A DNA stretch of 64,000 bases from Camelus ferus (lineage: Eukaryota): NCBI RefSeq assembly GCF_009834535.1, contig NC_045696.1:52950001-53014000 (forward strand), read 5' to 3'. Positions 1-13,525 of this stretch are shown here, piece by piece. The number at the start of each line of letters is the position of its first letter. Position 1 is the first letter of the stretch. The notes under the pieces were generated by a model, which searched no databases, had not been told where the DNA came from, and was given only the letters and a program-made list of their open reading frames with translations. The position numbers were made by a program, and so were the translations under genes.

Positions 1-1039
1 TGAACTTGGGTCTCAATTCAGTACAGTTCAATTAACATTTATTGAACACCCACCAGGCAAGGTCTTTAACCTTCTCTGTAAGTCACATCCAAACCCCGTT
101 AAACAAGCAAATTGAACTGGAAGTCTGAAAGAATCATACTTTCTTAGCATCCACCTGGTATCTTTCAGTGTTTTGCTGCTTTAAATACCTCAGGTTTGCT
201 TTAGAGAGCAATATTACTCGGTAGCTGAGATTGCTGAGAGGCTACATTTCATGTGGACCTTTACTCAGGTCAGGAAAGTGGGTTCTACCAAAGATCCTGT
301 CTGTCAGATTTAAATGGTAGGTCAAGACGAACATGGTCACAGATTTGAATTGCTGCTACTGGCACTTCAGATATCAAAACAGTGCTTCATGCTTTTATTA
401 ATTGGATGCTTCCCCTCTTTACTATTTATTAATCAATTTTGAAAATACAGAGAGAGAGTGAGGTGTCATGGAAAGAGAACCTTTCATCGGCCATAAGATG
501 GTTGTGGAACTCTGGACAAATTACTTGATCTTACCTGTATTCCTATTTCAGTAACATCTATCACAAAATATCTAGCACATTGGATGGTCAATTCTTAAAT
601 TTACATGGGTCATTAAATGATGTCCTTTATATATATAAAGAGAAAATCATTAAACTGGTTCTGTCCTCTCTATTCAAATGTGTTTTAAATGTTTAGTTTG
701 TTTGAGAGAGTGATAACATTATTACCACAGCAATATGATTGCCAAAATAATATTTTCTTGATTGAGGGCAGTGGTCAGAAAACCAACAGAGGATATGCTT
801 GACAGCCTCCTTTTGACTTTAGTCTTGATAAAAAATTGGATGTGATGATAAAAGGTAATTTTTGCTCTGGCTTTTCAGAGAGTTGACAAAGACCTATCAG
901 TATTCTGCAGAGTTAAGGAAGATAAGTGAGACTTCTAGGCGATAAGGGAAAACAGCAATCTAGAACACTAGCCTTTGGGAACCAGAGTCAGGGGGTGGAT
1001 TTTTTAAGCCAGGGAAAAAGTCATGTCCAAAGGTAATTT

Positions 1040-1112
1040 ATTCAACTCATTTATTTATAAAATATTGAGGTCCTACAATATTCTGGGCACAGTTCTAGAT
1101 GTGGGAAATACA
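1040..1112 (-). mobile_element. L2 LINE 3' end fragment
   Basis: 'ttattcaactcatttatttataaaatattgaggtcctacaatattctgggcacagttctagatgtgggaataca' resembles the antisense L2 3' terminus. Confidence 0.7.
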
Positions 1113-1700
1113 TATAACAGATCATACAGTAGAGTGGCCACGCTGAAGTTAGCTAAATTAGGGAACTCCCAACCCCAGGCAGGAAGTTTGAGGAAATGTG
1201 CAAACTATATCTGAATAATTTTGGTCTTAGATAAAACTGCAGTTAATAGTTCTCATCATTTAATTAAGTATATAAACTATAATCAGAAATTTTAATAAAT
1301 TTTGTTTCTCCACATTGTATCTCTTTCATATACTCATGAAATTATACCAAATATACCAAATTATATACAAAATACTCATGAATTATACAAAAGATGGCAT
1401 GAAGATAACATTTATTGTTAAGATGTTTTAGATCACAAATCACAATGGTACCTGAAAACATGTGCCCTATTAATTTATTTTTAATCTTTTTTATGTCAAA
1501 TTTTCCTTTGAGGAGAACCTACCACTTTTTCTTCCAAACTATTAACAGCAGCGCCTGGAATCAACTTCTAGAATTTCAGGCACAATTAGTAGACAATATA
1601 GTTTAGTGCAATAGACTTTCATGTGAATTGTAATTTAAAAAAAATAAAATGTGGTGGCATCAAAAAGGAATGTCCTGCATTATACACAAATTTTAAAATA

Positions 1701-2558
1701 CAGTGGTGGATCTTTTAATCAGCCTTCACTTTACAACATCTGCCTTACTTAACACTCTACTCTGTGAAAAGGGATGCCCACAGCATGTGGAATGGTATTG
1801 GCTAATACTGTATGGTTACCTATTTCTTCCACCTTTAAGTTGTATGCTTACTATGACATGTTTGTGTTTATTACCAAACCTATTTCTCACAGTTGTATAG
1901 CAATTGTAATTAAGTAATTTAATATTATATAGACTGCTAAAATACATGTGTGAAATAAAAGGTATTTATTTAGACTATACTCAAGACACTGGAAATATTC
2001 ACTAACGGAAAGTTGTTCAAAAAGTACTATTGCATTGGATGTGGGCAAGACAATTGTAAAAGAATAAAGGCAACTGTAAAAATGCTACACTCAGGTTATT
2101 TTACAAAGGTCTTTAGGTTTTCACTGCACTTAAAAGAATATAAAACAGCAAATTGAGGAGAATTTATTATAGTTGTGGTTTATGAGAGAAAAATGACATT
2201 GAACTCTAATGAGCAGACCTACACTCACAAAATACTATGATCCCAAATCAAGAGATAAGGGTAGGGTAACCTATAATGAAAACGAATATATGTTTGTATA
2301 TGTATGACTGAAACATGATGCTGTACACCAGAAATTGACACAACATTGTAAACTGACTATACTGCAATAAAAAAATACATAAATAAAATTTTAAAAAGAG
2401 ATAAGGGTATGAATGTATACCTTATTTGTATATATTGAAATACTAAAATATTTATGGGTTTTTTTTTATGATTTCCATGTTTGAATTAACTTTTGCAATG
2501 ACTAACCATTTAGATTTCCTATTATATTAGGTTCCTTCGGTAATGAGTATCTCCCAAC
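1701..2558 (+). mobile_element. Degenerate Tigger-family (TcMar) DNA transposon, Tigger13a-like, interrupted by an L1 fragment
   Basis: Starts TA|CAGT at 1699-1704. 2170-2232 translates to a stop-riddled 'LWFMREK..TLMSRPTLTK', resembling the CENP-B-type HTH of Tigger transposases (WFMQER..PISGP.LKEK). Subfamily and 3' boundary are uncertain. Confidence 0.6.
2264..2395 (+). mobile_element. Short 5'-truncated lineage-specific L1 3' end
   Basis: 'gctgtacaccagaaattgacacaacattgtaaactgactatactgcaataaaaaa' is a cetartiodactyl-type L1 3' terminus with an A-rich tail. It has a perfect 14 bp target-site duplication AAGAGATAAGGGTA at 2250-2263 and 2396-2409. Confidence 0.9.
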
Positions 2559-4121
2559 ACATTTAACAAAAAGTCAAGAATACTATTATATCAGAGGTGG
2601 CATACAAACTACATATAAACTACAAGTGGTATTTATGTTTTCATAACATGGAGGTGCCACTTTAGCTAAGCAAAATGTCAATTCATGCCATATTTGGTAG
2701 GATTAGTCCTGAATAATGTTAGTTCAACTATAAAAAGGTTTTCTCTTAAAAAACTTACATAAAATGTAGGAACAAGAAAAGATGCATAACACAAAAATTT
2801 AATTGTCTAGATATATCTTACTAAATGTAGACATGTCAGTATAGAAGAATTAATAGTGATTTTTCAGTATGTGAACACTTGCAATCATGTAAGACTGCCA
2901 AAACGAACACTTGGACTAACATCCATTCAGACTGAAATACAGTTTTTTTGTTTCTGTGAATATATTCATTATGAGATATTAAATTCATCCATTTCAGAAA
3001 GTTGCTTTTTTTAAAAATATCTAGCACCAGGACAGTAGGTATTCCTTAAATATTAATTTATTATAAGAACATATAACTTGACAGTTCTTATTCTATCTGT
3101 TTCATTGACTTCCAGATTTTGGGTCAATGAATTTTGGTATATACAGGAACAAAATAACAAAGGGAACATTCTTTGACCTTAAAAGCAGCTATGGAGGTCA
3201 CAAAATGACTTGATATCTGTCACAAGATGTTTGTTGTATGTGAATACAGATGTCCCACACACAAATAATAAAATAAATTTAACATTGAGATATAGATTTC
3301 AATGAAAGCCCCGTCTTAGTTTCTCTATTTTCAAAGGACATAAAATAAAAAGTGAGGAAGAAATACGTAAAATATGTAACCTAAAATAGAACAAAACAAG
3401 TAGGCATTAACATCATTTCAGGGTTTAGCATCATGCTCCTTTCTACATCAGATTGCTTCCTGAAGGATACTGTTTTATTTCTTTTAAAAAATTATTTTCT
3501 TCTCTTTTCCACTACATTTTCCCTAGTAGTTGTGTAACAACTTGATATTTATTTAATAAACTCTACTAAAAAGAATATATTGCAAATGAGAACCAGTAAT
3601 CTGGCAAGTTGATGAAAGAAAAAATAGTAGGGTCATGTGGTACAAAGATAGAAATGGAAGGATAGGTTAAGGAAAGATATCAAAGATGCAAATAGCTTTG
3701 CAAACAAATTTAGTGTCTCTTGAGCTCCATCGTAAGTGTTGTCCAGCTTCAAGTGTTTGTCTTTATTACTTTCTCCTTTATATGAAAACCTAGCTCTTTA
3801 AAAAAAGTACAAGTATTTCCCAACACCAAGGGTCATAATTCTATCAGTATTCAAAGGAGCAAAAGGGTAAAAACTCAGACAAAGCTAGACTATGATGATT
3901 GAGTCAGTTTCTCCTCTAAAAGCTGATAATTATCTCACACTGTTACAGAAGTAGTCACGTGGTGGAGAATATGTACTTTAATAAGAATGCAACATTCAGA
4001 AAAGTGTTCTACTGTCTTATATACAAAATTTGAACTGCAATATTTCTAGTTTCACTCATATCTTGTTTTTGCTTCATCTTATAATCATCAACATGATGAT
4101 TCTATCATCTCATTTTCATAT

Positions 4122-4284
4122 GTACTAGAAACTCTCAATATGCCTGTTAAAATGCATATTTCCAGTCCTCTGCCCCCCAAGATTCTGATTCAGTAGGTCT
4201 ATGGCAAGGCCTAGGAATGAGTATTTTTAAAGCTCTCCAGTAAATTTTCATGCAAATCATCTGCAGACCCCATTTTGGAAACTT
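4122..4284. mobile_element. MER5-family hAT-Charlie MITE
   Basis: 'ttaaaatgcatatttccag...gattctgattcagtaggtct...ggcctaggaatgagtattttt' is the MER5 core. Confidence 0.8.
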
Positions 4285-5989
4285 GGGAAAAAGACCTAGC
4301 TTGAACTTTTAGGTTTATATTAAAGGGGAAAATAGAACTGTACTAGCAGCCATGGCTTTAACAGCCTCCTTGTATATGGTTGTCAACATTTGCTTTCACA
4401 GATTGATTTTACAGTCTACAGAAAGGAGATGAGCATAGATTCAAACAAGCATAATACAATGCAATAAAAAAGTACTCAGTGAATTGCATGGATGAACAAT
4501 GCCAGTTAAGAAGAGCTCAGATGAAGAAAAAAATCATTTTCAGTTGTATGGTTCAAGAGATAAATTCATTTGAAATGAGATTTGAAAGCGAGCATCCATG
4601 TTGGGGAGAAAAGCATTTCAGTAATGGAGTAAGTTATGAAAAAAACACCTGGAAGAAGGTTTCACCTGTGGTACAGCAGGGAGTCAGGGGGCAGAAGCCT
4701 GGGTGCATGTCAGAGAGTATTGGGGGTTGGGGAGGTTCACAGGGCTAAGAATTAGATTAACTGACTACTCATTCTTCTTTGATTTGGCTCTGACTTTTCT
4801 TCAGAACTCTTCAACTGGATTGGCTCCTCCTCTAGACCAGTTGTACATATGCTTCCCTCTTACCCTGGAAAGTCGAAATGAACCCCTAATTGAGGTGACC
4901 ACCTTTAGTGAAAGAACAAGTCGGATGCTGGTTTCTTACTACTCTGCTTCTGTTGTTAGGTTGTTATCCCCTAAAATCAATCAAACCCTGAGCACCTGAC
5001 AGGTAGGCTGTCCACTCAATTCCTAGGATTTTACTTCCTTAAGCCCCCTGAGGAGATTTTCCTTGAGAAGAGACAGCTGCTCATCTTGATTAAGTCCTTC
5101 TCACTTGCCCAAAAGATGCTATTTTACCTTCTCAGGTCTAACATGATACCTGAGCTGAACTGCACATATGGAGATTTAGAGCTTTCTGTTCTTCATCTGC
5201 CCTCATTGCCGCCTCTGGAGAGCCTTTGGAGGGATCTGGGGGTTGTGGTAGCTCTGAGAAGATCCTACTTTGCGAAGAATGTCTGAACCAGCCCTGAAAC
5301 AAGCCTTTGGGGAAATTCCCAAGTGCCTTCTAACTGCTTGTCTCTTTCCCTAAGGGAGAATGCATCTCCTTCTAACAGACTTATTTAGGAGCAAGTTCCC
5401 AGAAGCTATCCTTCTGGTGGCTCAAAATCTAGAGATTCTTTAAGAAGAAAATGATATATAGCCAAATCCATAGATTTCTAGTGTTGTATTAAACACAATC
5501 ATTAATATCGTTTTCCCACAGTACTTAATGAGGATGACAGCTGGTGGTAATGCTACATTTCTGACTGTTAACTCTTCCCAAGAGCCCTCTGGGGAAGGGA
5601 ACTGCTGCTGGCTGAGGCATTTAGAGTTTGCACTAACTTCTTCTCAGTAGGAATGCCCTTGTTGATGCTGCTGAGGAGATGAAGGACTGAAGATGAGGTA
5701 TTAGCTCTCATTGAAAGTAAGAACATATTGATCATAGGCTATTAAAGACAATCTCTTTGGATAGATGCATTGTTATCAATAAAGCGAGTTTTGCCTATTT
5801 GAAATTCAGCCTCATGTTTCACACTGAACCCCTGGGTGATTGTCCGTTTGAAACTTTAAAGAGGACTTGATCAACTAAGTTTCAGATCCAGGAACTCCAC
5901 CCTATTATAGTTTAATTGTTCCTAATGGAAACAAAAAAGGGTGAGTTCAAAGGCTCTGAGACCCCAGTGTACCTCATTCTGCCAATACT

Positions 5990-6232
5990 GAAATAATCTT
6001 AGCTACTACTCATGGAGTGCTTATGTGGCGAATACTTTATAAACTTTCTTAGTAATTGTAATAGCTCTTTGTATTATTATCATTATCCAACTCTTACAAA
6101 TAAGGAAATTGAAACCCAGAGTTAAGATACTGTTCAAGGACACATATCTTGTAAGTGACAAAATCAGAATTTGAACCCAAGACTATCTAACTCCATAGCC
6201 AGACCTTTCGAACTCACTCTGTATTATAGTGC
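5990..6232 (-). mobile_element. MIR SINE
   Basis: Antisense MIR core 'ttacaaataaggaaattgaaacccagagttaag...aaggacacatatcttgtaagtgac...atttgaacccaagactatctaactcca'. Confidence 0.85.
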
Positions 6233-6239
6233 CTCTCTC

Positions 6240-6605
6240 CAGTCTACTGGGCCCACCCATGTCTCCTCCCACTGTGCATTTCATCAGACTATTTGTGTCA
6301 CCTGAAGAGTTCTCCATCTGAAGTCCCTTCTTTCCCCATATCTGCCTACCAAAAGAATATATCTTTATTCAATGCTGATCTTAAGTATCATTTTCTCTAT
6401 AAAGACTATCCCAATTTTCTTTTCCCCTTTTTTACACTCCTCTAACTAGATATGGGCTCCATTTTTTAATACTCTCAGCAGCTTCCTTATAACTGGCTAT
6501 TTAACTGCAAACTCTCAAATTCTGGCTCACATTCAGCCCTTGAAAGACTTAACTGAATATTTTCCATATGACGGATGTTCAATAAATACTTATGAAATTT
6601 AATTT
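6240..6605 (+). mobile_element. L2 LINE 3' fragment
   Basis: Pyrimidine-rich L2-like body ending 'atgttcaataaatacttatgaaatttaattt'. Confidence 0.55.
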
Positions 6606-7439
6606 GCTGAAAGCATTTCTATGATTCATCTGGATCATGGCTCAGACTAAGGACCTGTCCTACTAGGTACTCAGATATAGAGGCCTGGAATTATGGGTCT
6701 CTGTCTCCCATGTGTAGGTCTGAAGACTGTGATTTAAGTTTCTAGGCTCTACCAGGCTTCAGATATTGTAAAGATGTAGAGGATGAGAGTCAGGACAAAG
6801 TATTTACCAAAGGTCATGCAATTTTGAAGCTTTAGAGCCACTGAACTATGACTCATATCACCTTTATACTAGTGCAATATCCTTTTTGCTACATCATGCT
6901 GTCTCGAACAGAATAACCAGCAATATTTTAAATATCTTGCCATCATTTTCTCTGGTCCTAGAGTCCAACAACTTCTCTTTTACAATGTGATTGGAAGCTT
7001 TAGAAGAAACCAGACCTCAGCTTTGAAGAGAAAATTATATAATAGCTTTAAAAAAACCAGTTTCAATTAATAGAATCTTTGCTGTTAGAGAAACTCTTGC
7101 TCAAGTAGATACCCCTCAATTATTCACAGATGGATCAAGAAGAACAAACTTCACTTTCGAGTTCTTATTGACATTCTCACCTATTCAATGCAGCTAAATC
7201 CTTTGTTAAGGCAACTTTAGTGTATTCTTCTGCTGAAGTTTTTTTAATACAATGAGAGTTTGAAGAAAAGGCTGTTTTAAAGTCACACTTTTTAAACAGA
7301 ACATTCTCTGAAAACTCTACTTACATATTTAATACATTTTGATTGAACAAAGCCTCACAAGTCAATGTGAAACTTAATGCTATGGGACTACCCATGTCTA
7401 TGTATGACAAAGTAGTTGGTATTATATTAGTTCTTCTGT

Positions 7440-10155
7440 TGAAAAAAATCATAGAAGTTGGATTTTAAAATATCTGACAAAACTCTTCGAATTTATCGGA
7501 AAGCAAGGGAGATAGCTGGAAATGTGTGTCGGGGGTAAGATCCCAGAGGGAGGACAGAGATTGAAGTAAGTCCCATATCTGCAGCTATGATTTTTTTTTT
7601 TCTTTTTGTCCTTTAGAACATTTGTTGATTCAAAGTATGGGCAAAGAGGCCAAGAGAAAGCAGCAGTCTCTGAAATGGAGATTCATACACACACACATAC
7701 ATACATAGTGCTACCAAAGTAGCTAGGACGTGAGAAGCCATGGTCTTGGGATCTGCAAGGGATTTTCCCTAATGTATATGTCTCCCCCCCAAGATGTATA
7801 TGCATTGGCAAGATGTCAAGAAACCAGGAAGAAAATAGCTGCTAAGAGAGTAGAAAATCTAAGCAGAGATTTTGTCATTCTCATAGTACTGAGCCATGAT
7901 AATTAAAGTCCAACTTGGTAAGGGGCCCTTTAAACAGCATAGGCTTCCAGCTGAGAACTTTGAAAGACTATGCCCCAAGTGTAATAACAACCATGAAATA
8001 AAGTAACTTTGATTGGGTCAACTTGATCTGCCCATTCTCTAACTGCTACAGATTGAGAAAACAAATCCTACTGGAAGAAGACAGCATCGCTCCAGGCCTC
8101 TAAGTAGTATTGTTTATTATAATTTCTGGTATCCAATAAAACATTACCAGACATAACAAGAAACAGGATTCAATGACCAGAGACTAAGACAAAATATATC
8201 TAAAAACATTCTACAAAAAAACAGATCAATAGGTGATCTGCGTATTGATGCTATCAGATGTAGAAGTTAACACCTTATAATTAGTGTTTAAGAAAACAGA
8301 AGACAACTTGGACAATCTTAAAGCAATGAAATCTTTAAAAAAACAGTAAACTAGAAATCTCAGAATTTGAACTAATCCTCAAAAGACAGATACAACAATG
8401 AGTAGGGACACCAGAAGACACGTTGATCCATATTTAAGCAGAGAGAAATTTGTTTCATGAAAGGATATACAGCAATGGGTGTACAAGAGATATGAAACAC
8501 AATAGAAAGTTTACATAATTCAATTGAAGTTCTCAAAGCAGAGGAGGGAGGGAAAATAGAGCAGAAGCACTATTTAAAGAGATACCAAGAAATTCCCAGC
8601 AGGAACAAAAGATAGCAAACTATCAATATAGAAGCTCTATAAACATTAAGAAGTGGGTATTTAAGAAAACCACATCTAATCATTATCATGCTATGACTGC
8701 TGAAAATCAAAGGGAAATAGAAAGTTTTAAAACACTTAGCAGGGAAAGACACATTACCTTCATAGGAGCAACAAAAAGACTGACAGATACATTCTAAACA
8801 GAAAGCATGGAAGCAGAAGACAATGGAATGTCATCTTTAAAGCACTGAGTACTCAATGCTAAAGAAAAGTACCCATCAATCTAGAACCCTATACCAGTGA
8901 AATAACCCATTAAAAGATGAAGGCAAAATGCAATTTTTTTCCAAACTAAACTGAGAAAATTTATCAGCAGGAGAACAACATTACACAAACAAAAAAATAC
9001 AAGTAAGAGTTCTTCAGTCAGAAGGCAAATGATTCCATACCAAAGCACAGTAGCACTAAAGAAATAAAGAGCATCCTAAAAGATGATGCATGGTCAATTT
9101 GAGTATCTACAGTTTAAAACAATAATATCTTGCAATGTTCAAGATATATGTTACATTAAAATATGCTATCAAATTAAGGTGGGAGGTAGGCAAATGTAGT
9201 TAAAGGGTTGTTTTGTCTGGGAAGTGGTAAAAATACTAATTTAAAGTAAATTCTGGTAAGCCAAAGATGCACATAGTCAAAGATGCACATTGCCATCTTT
9301 ATGGTAACCATTATAAGAATATTTTATGAAAGGGTATAGTGAGCAAACTAACAAGTGTGGAATAGTTTTTAAAATACATGATTAATCCAATGAAGGTATG
9401 AAAAGAGAAAGGAATAAGACTTAAAAAAAAAAAGATGGGACAAAGAGGAAACTTAATAATATGATGGCATAAAACAACAATAATTATATTAACTATAAAA
9501 GTGTGGAATATTGCAACTAGAAGATATAAGATATAAGTCATTTATTACAAAAGCTCTTTGCAATTAGGAATAGAAAGGAATTTTCTCAATCTGATGTCAG
9601 GGGGTCAACCAAACATCTACAATAGACATTACAGTTGATGATGAAATATTGAAAGTTTTCCTTTAGAAATAAGAAATGAGACAAGGATTTCTGCTATCCC
9701 TTCTAATCATACTATACTGAGGGCCCCAGGTAAGGCAATAAAGCAAGAAAATTGATGAAAGTTATGAGAATGATAAAGGAAGAACTAAAATTGTCATTTG
9801 CAGATGACATGATGATGTAAACTGCACATGCACAAAATACTGAGTGAAAGATGCCAAACATGAGAGAGTACATATTATGGCATCCCATTTTATTTAAAAA
9901 AGAGAGAGAGAAAAAAACCTCTTTCTGGTAAAAGAAGAAGTCACAACAGTGGTTACTTTTTTTGGGGGATAATACTGAGGAAAGGCACAAGGGAGTCATC
10001 TGGGTGTCTGTTAATTTCTGGCAATTATTTCTTGATATGGGATGTGGTAACACTAGTATATTCACCTTGTGGAAAGGCATCAAAATGTGTAAGATTTTTA
10101 ATCTGTATTGTATGTATATTATAATTCAATTAAAAGTTTATAAAAATAATTTTAA
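7440..10155 (+). mobile_element. Ancient L1M LINE remnant with internal deletions (5' region/ORF1, RT fragment, 3' UTR)
   Basis: 8660-8930 gives a decayed ORF1p C-terminus ('RERHITFIGATKRLTDTF*TESMEA' vs L1 'REKRHITYRGT.IRLTADFS.ETMEA'). ~9777-9816 gives 'KEELKLSFADDMM', the L1 RT FADD motif. 9850-10150 resembles an L1MC/L1ME 3' UTR. Many stops and frameshifts. Confidence 0.85.
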
Positions 10156-10909
10156 AAATTGCCTAATAACCCATGCCTCTAACAGGCTTATATTCAAACT
10201 GACAAGCTGGCAATCACGTATGATACGTGTTTGTGAATGAACTGGTGGGAGAGCAGAATAAACTGAGAGGAGGATGAACTTGTAATGACCCAGCCTCAAC
10301 TGGTAACATACTACCAGCCACGTTCCTGTGCCTCCTTGTCATCTAATAGCTTACTCAGGAGTCTCCAAGCCTCAAACTGGCTGATGGGAGGGCCACTGTT
10401 AGGAGACTGTCCAAGGATTGCACATTTACGAGAGTGTTCTGGAGCAAGCTCAGAGAGAAAGTACATCTATGTGTGGGTGGGGCCTTTGACTGAGCTATGC
10501 AGAAGGATGATGTTCATCTTACTGTAGCATTTGAATATGAAACAGAGAAAATCTTGGAGTCAGATAGTCAAGACCAAAAGCATTTCCTTCTTTTATGGAA
10601 CAGGTCTTAACAATAGAGATAACCTAGTTGAAATGATATGAATTTTAAAATACACATCCTTATTAAGTAACAAATCATATTACAAAGACAAGGTTTTATT
10701 GAATGAAGATTTCGTTCATTTGGTTTCCAGTTCATACTCCACCTCCCTTCTCTGCTTATTCAAAGTCTTGGGTGTTCTCTCAGGCTCAGTAGCTTGTTTA
10801 GGGCCTGATCTCTTGTGGAACAGATTTAGGAAGAGGATAAGGTGACAGCAAGGTATGTAAATTCAAAAAACAACAGACTAAATGAATTTGAGATATAAAG
10901 ACAATTATC

Positions 10910-11150
10910 CTCATAGCAGAAGCCATTACTGGATGCTTATTGTATACTGTCTCTGTGTGAAGTGCTTTATTATTTAATTTAATCTTTACAAAAACACTAT
11001 GCAAAAAGATTGTTAACCCCATGTTACAGACGAAGAAAGTGGGGGTTAGAGAACTGAAGTAATTTATCCACAGTTATAGAGATGGTTGGTAATTGGTAGA
11101 GAGGGGATTGGAACTTCTTTCAATGTGATTAAGAGCCTCTTCTCAACCAT
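10910..11150 (-). mobile_element. MIR SINE
   Basis: 'ccccatgttacagacgaagaaagtgggggttagagaactgaagtaatttatccacagttata' is an antisense MIR core. Confidence 0.85.
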
Positions 11151-11704
11151 GGGAGCTCACCTGTGCTCCAGTAGAGACAGCCATAGGGGATGTCCCTTCT
11201 GTTTGATTCTCAGATTGCCTCATTCAATTCGGCCCATTTTTCCCTCATACATTTCTCTTCTACTTAATTTTATCTTTGAAAAAGGAGTGTAATCAACTTC
11301 GATTATTGAGTTGATTTTCTAACAAATTTTCACCAAGCCATTTTCTACACATCCCAGTGTATGTATGCAGTGGAATCAGACCAGTGTTAACTAGCAAAAC
11401 TGATCGGTGAGACAAATTTAATGGGATGAAAGAGTAATGTTGTCTATGTTTATATGTACATGTACCTATGATCAGCCAAATACAAACTCCCTTTTAGCGC
11501 AGCACTTTGGGGTTTTCTGCAACACTCTCTCCCATTGTGGTTTCTTTTCCCCCAACCTTTCCCTCATCAGGATAAATGAGCTCAGTGTTTTAGCTAGCAA
11601 ACTCTGCTAACAGTAGCGGAGCCACCATAAATATGACCTAGAAGAGACTAAACACTTAACAAGGGTAAGGTTGCAAAGAATCCTAATAAAATGGGAAGAT
11701 GATG

Positions 11705-12205
11705 AAATATGCATAACTCCTTACCTTGGCCTACAAGTCCTTGCAGCATCTGGCCTCTGCCCACCCTCCAAAGTCTTCTTATGGCAGGTGGCTTCTTCCC
11801 AGTGTTTCACCCACATTGTCCAGCTTTCTATTTCTTTAGTCCTTGCCTGCTCTGGGGCCTCCGTTGGTCCTCCTGATCCCCCTGCCTGGAATGCCCTTTG
11901 CCTGCTTCTTCCCATGATTGGCCCATTCTTACCTTTTAGGTCTCAGGTCAAATGTCTCCTTCTGTGACAGGGAGTCCCTGAGCTCTTCTGCTAAAGCAAT
12001 CATTCCTCAGCCCTTGACCTTTTCTTACATCATCCTAGTTATTTCACTTCTTTTGTATCACATCTAATAATCTAAGAATATCTTGTTCTTTTGATTTTTA
12101 ATTATTTTCTGTCTTATCCTCCAATCCCTCTTTCTTTTTCTCAGCTGACATATTATATTCATAAGGTGCTTGATGAATATTTGTCCTTTCCTTCCTTCCT
12201 TCACT
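11705..12205 (+). mobile_element. L2 LINE 3' fragment
   Basis: 'actccttaccttggcctacaagtcctt...cctgcctggaatgccctt...ttaggtctcaggtcaaatgtctcct...ggtgcttgatgaatatttg'. Confidence 0.8.
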
Positions 12206-13211
12206 TAATTTTCTGAGCCTCCCTGTTTGGAAGATCTGCAACTTCTCCCCATCCATCTCTGGCATCTGGACTGCAGTAGGCAACCAACCTGGGAGCACAG
12301 CTTTACTGCAGACAAACCACAATGGGCTTTTGCTGAAGGACAGGGCCTTGCACCTACTCCCCCACCCTCAGGCATTCATGTCCTTAGCTCTGTGAGATAA
12401 TACAGAAGGGATGAAATGGGCCTGCCTGTTTCTCCAGATATATAGGTATAGGGATACTGCCATGGGAAGCAAGAAAACCAAGTTCTAAATATGCAGGGAT
12501 GTATTCAGCACAGGGCCAGATAAGTTGAAACGGACAAGACAAATGCAGAGAGAGAGAGAGGACTGGGGAAAATGTTCCTCTTAGACACATCAGCTGCAGC
12601 ACTGAGATAGAACATGGCTCTAGCTGCACTAAAGCCAAGATCTTTCAATGTCGGGACCAAATATAGACTAGAATATAAGGGCAATGTGTTTTTAATAAAA
12701 TGCGTGACTTTAAGATGGCTGGCAAAGAAAAGGTATTCTTTTACTAGAGCCCAGCATTTATTAGATGCTCTACCTTTATGACAGTCTCTGATCAAAGAGG
12801 AAGACACTGACTCAGTCTTTTAAAGTAGCTCCATAATTCTTCCTCTTCAGTGCATCATATCCTGCTGCCAGATTGGCTTCTGCTGGTTCCTAACTTTATG
12901 AATCCACCTGGTCCTTGGTACTTGGTACTTTATTCCGGGCCTTCTGTACTTGATTTTGGCTTTGCTCTTCTACCTGTTTGCTTCTTAATGTTTCTGATAT
13001 TTTATCTTATAACTGGGTGATAAATCTTGACCTGAAGCTCAATCTTTGCATCTTGAATAGGATTTATCTGTGGGGTTTTTTTTTTTTTTTTGGCTACTTC
13101 TCTAGAATTATAATTGTTTTATCTATGTTCCTGGCTTAATCCTAGTAACTTCTTTACTAAAACAGCTCAGTAGACCATGTTTGAATCCTACAAAAATAGA
13201 AGTGGTATCAG

Positions 13212-13406
13212 AATTCATTCATTCCCTTAACCCATCCATTTATAAGTATTCATTAGGCATCTACTGTAGACTAGACACTATATTAACAATGAACAAAAGC
13301 AGCATGGTACTTAACCTCAGGGAACTTACAGTTGGGAATGGGAGAAGATATTTTAAAAAGTCATTGTAATATTGTCAGTGGCAGAAGGAGTGCTAACCCA
13401 GCAGGC

Positions 13407-13450
<44 letters not shown>

Positions 13451-13525
13451 TATCAGATAAAACTTTCTGGAAAAAATGCTACCTCAGTTGAGATCTGAGG
13501 CATATGCTGGAATGAGCCAGGTACT
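13212..13525 (-). mobile_element. L2 LINE 3' end, containing a (GT)n microsatellite
   Basis: 'ttcattcattccc...atttataagtattcattaggcatctactgtagactagacacta...cctcagggaacttacagtt'. Confidence 0.75.
13409..13446. repeat. (GT)19 microsatellite
   Basis: Read directly. Confidence 0.98.

Noticed and set aside
9262..9290. Tandem CAAAGATGCACAT duplication, and similar ones near 12914, 24605 and 36950
   Set aside because: Ordinary short slippage duplications, mostly inside dead repeats.
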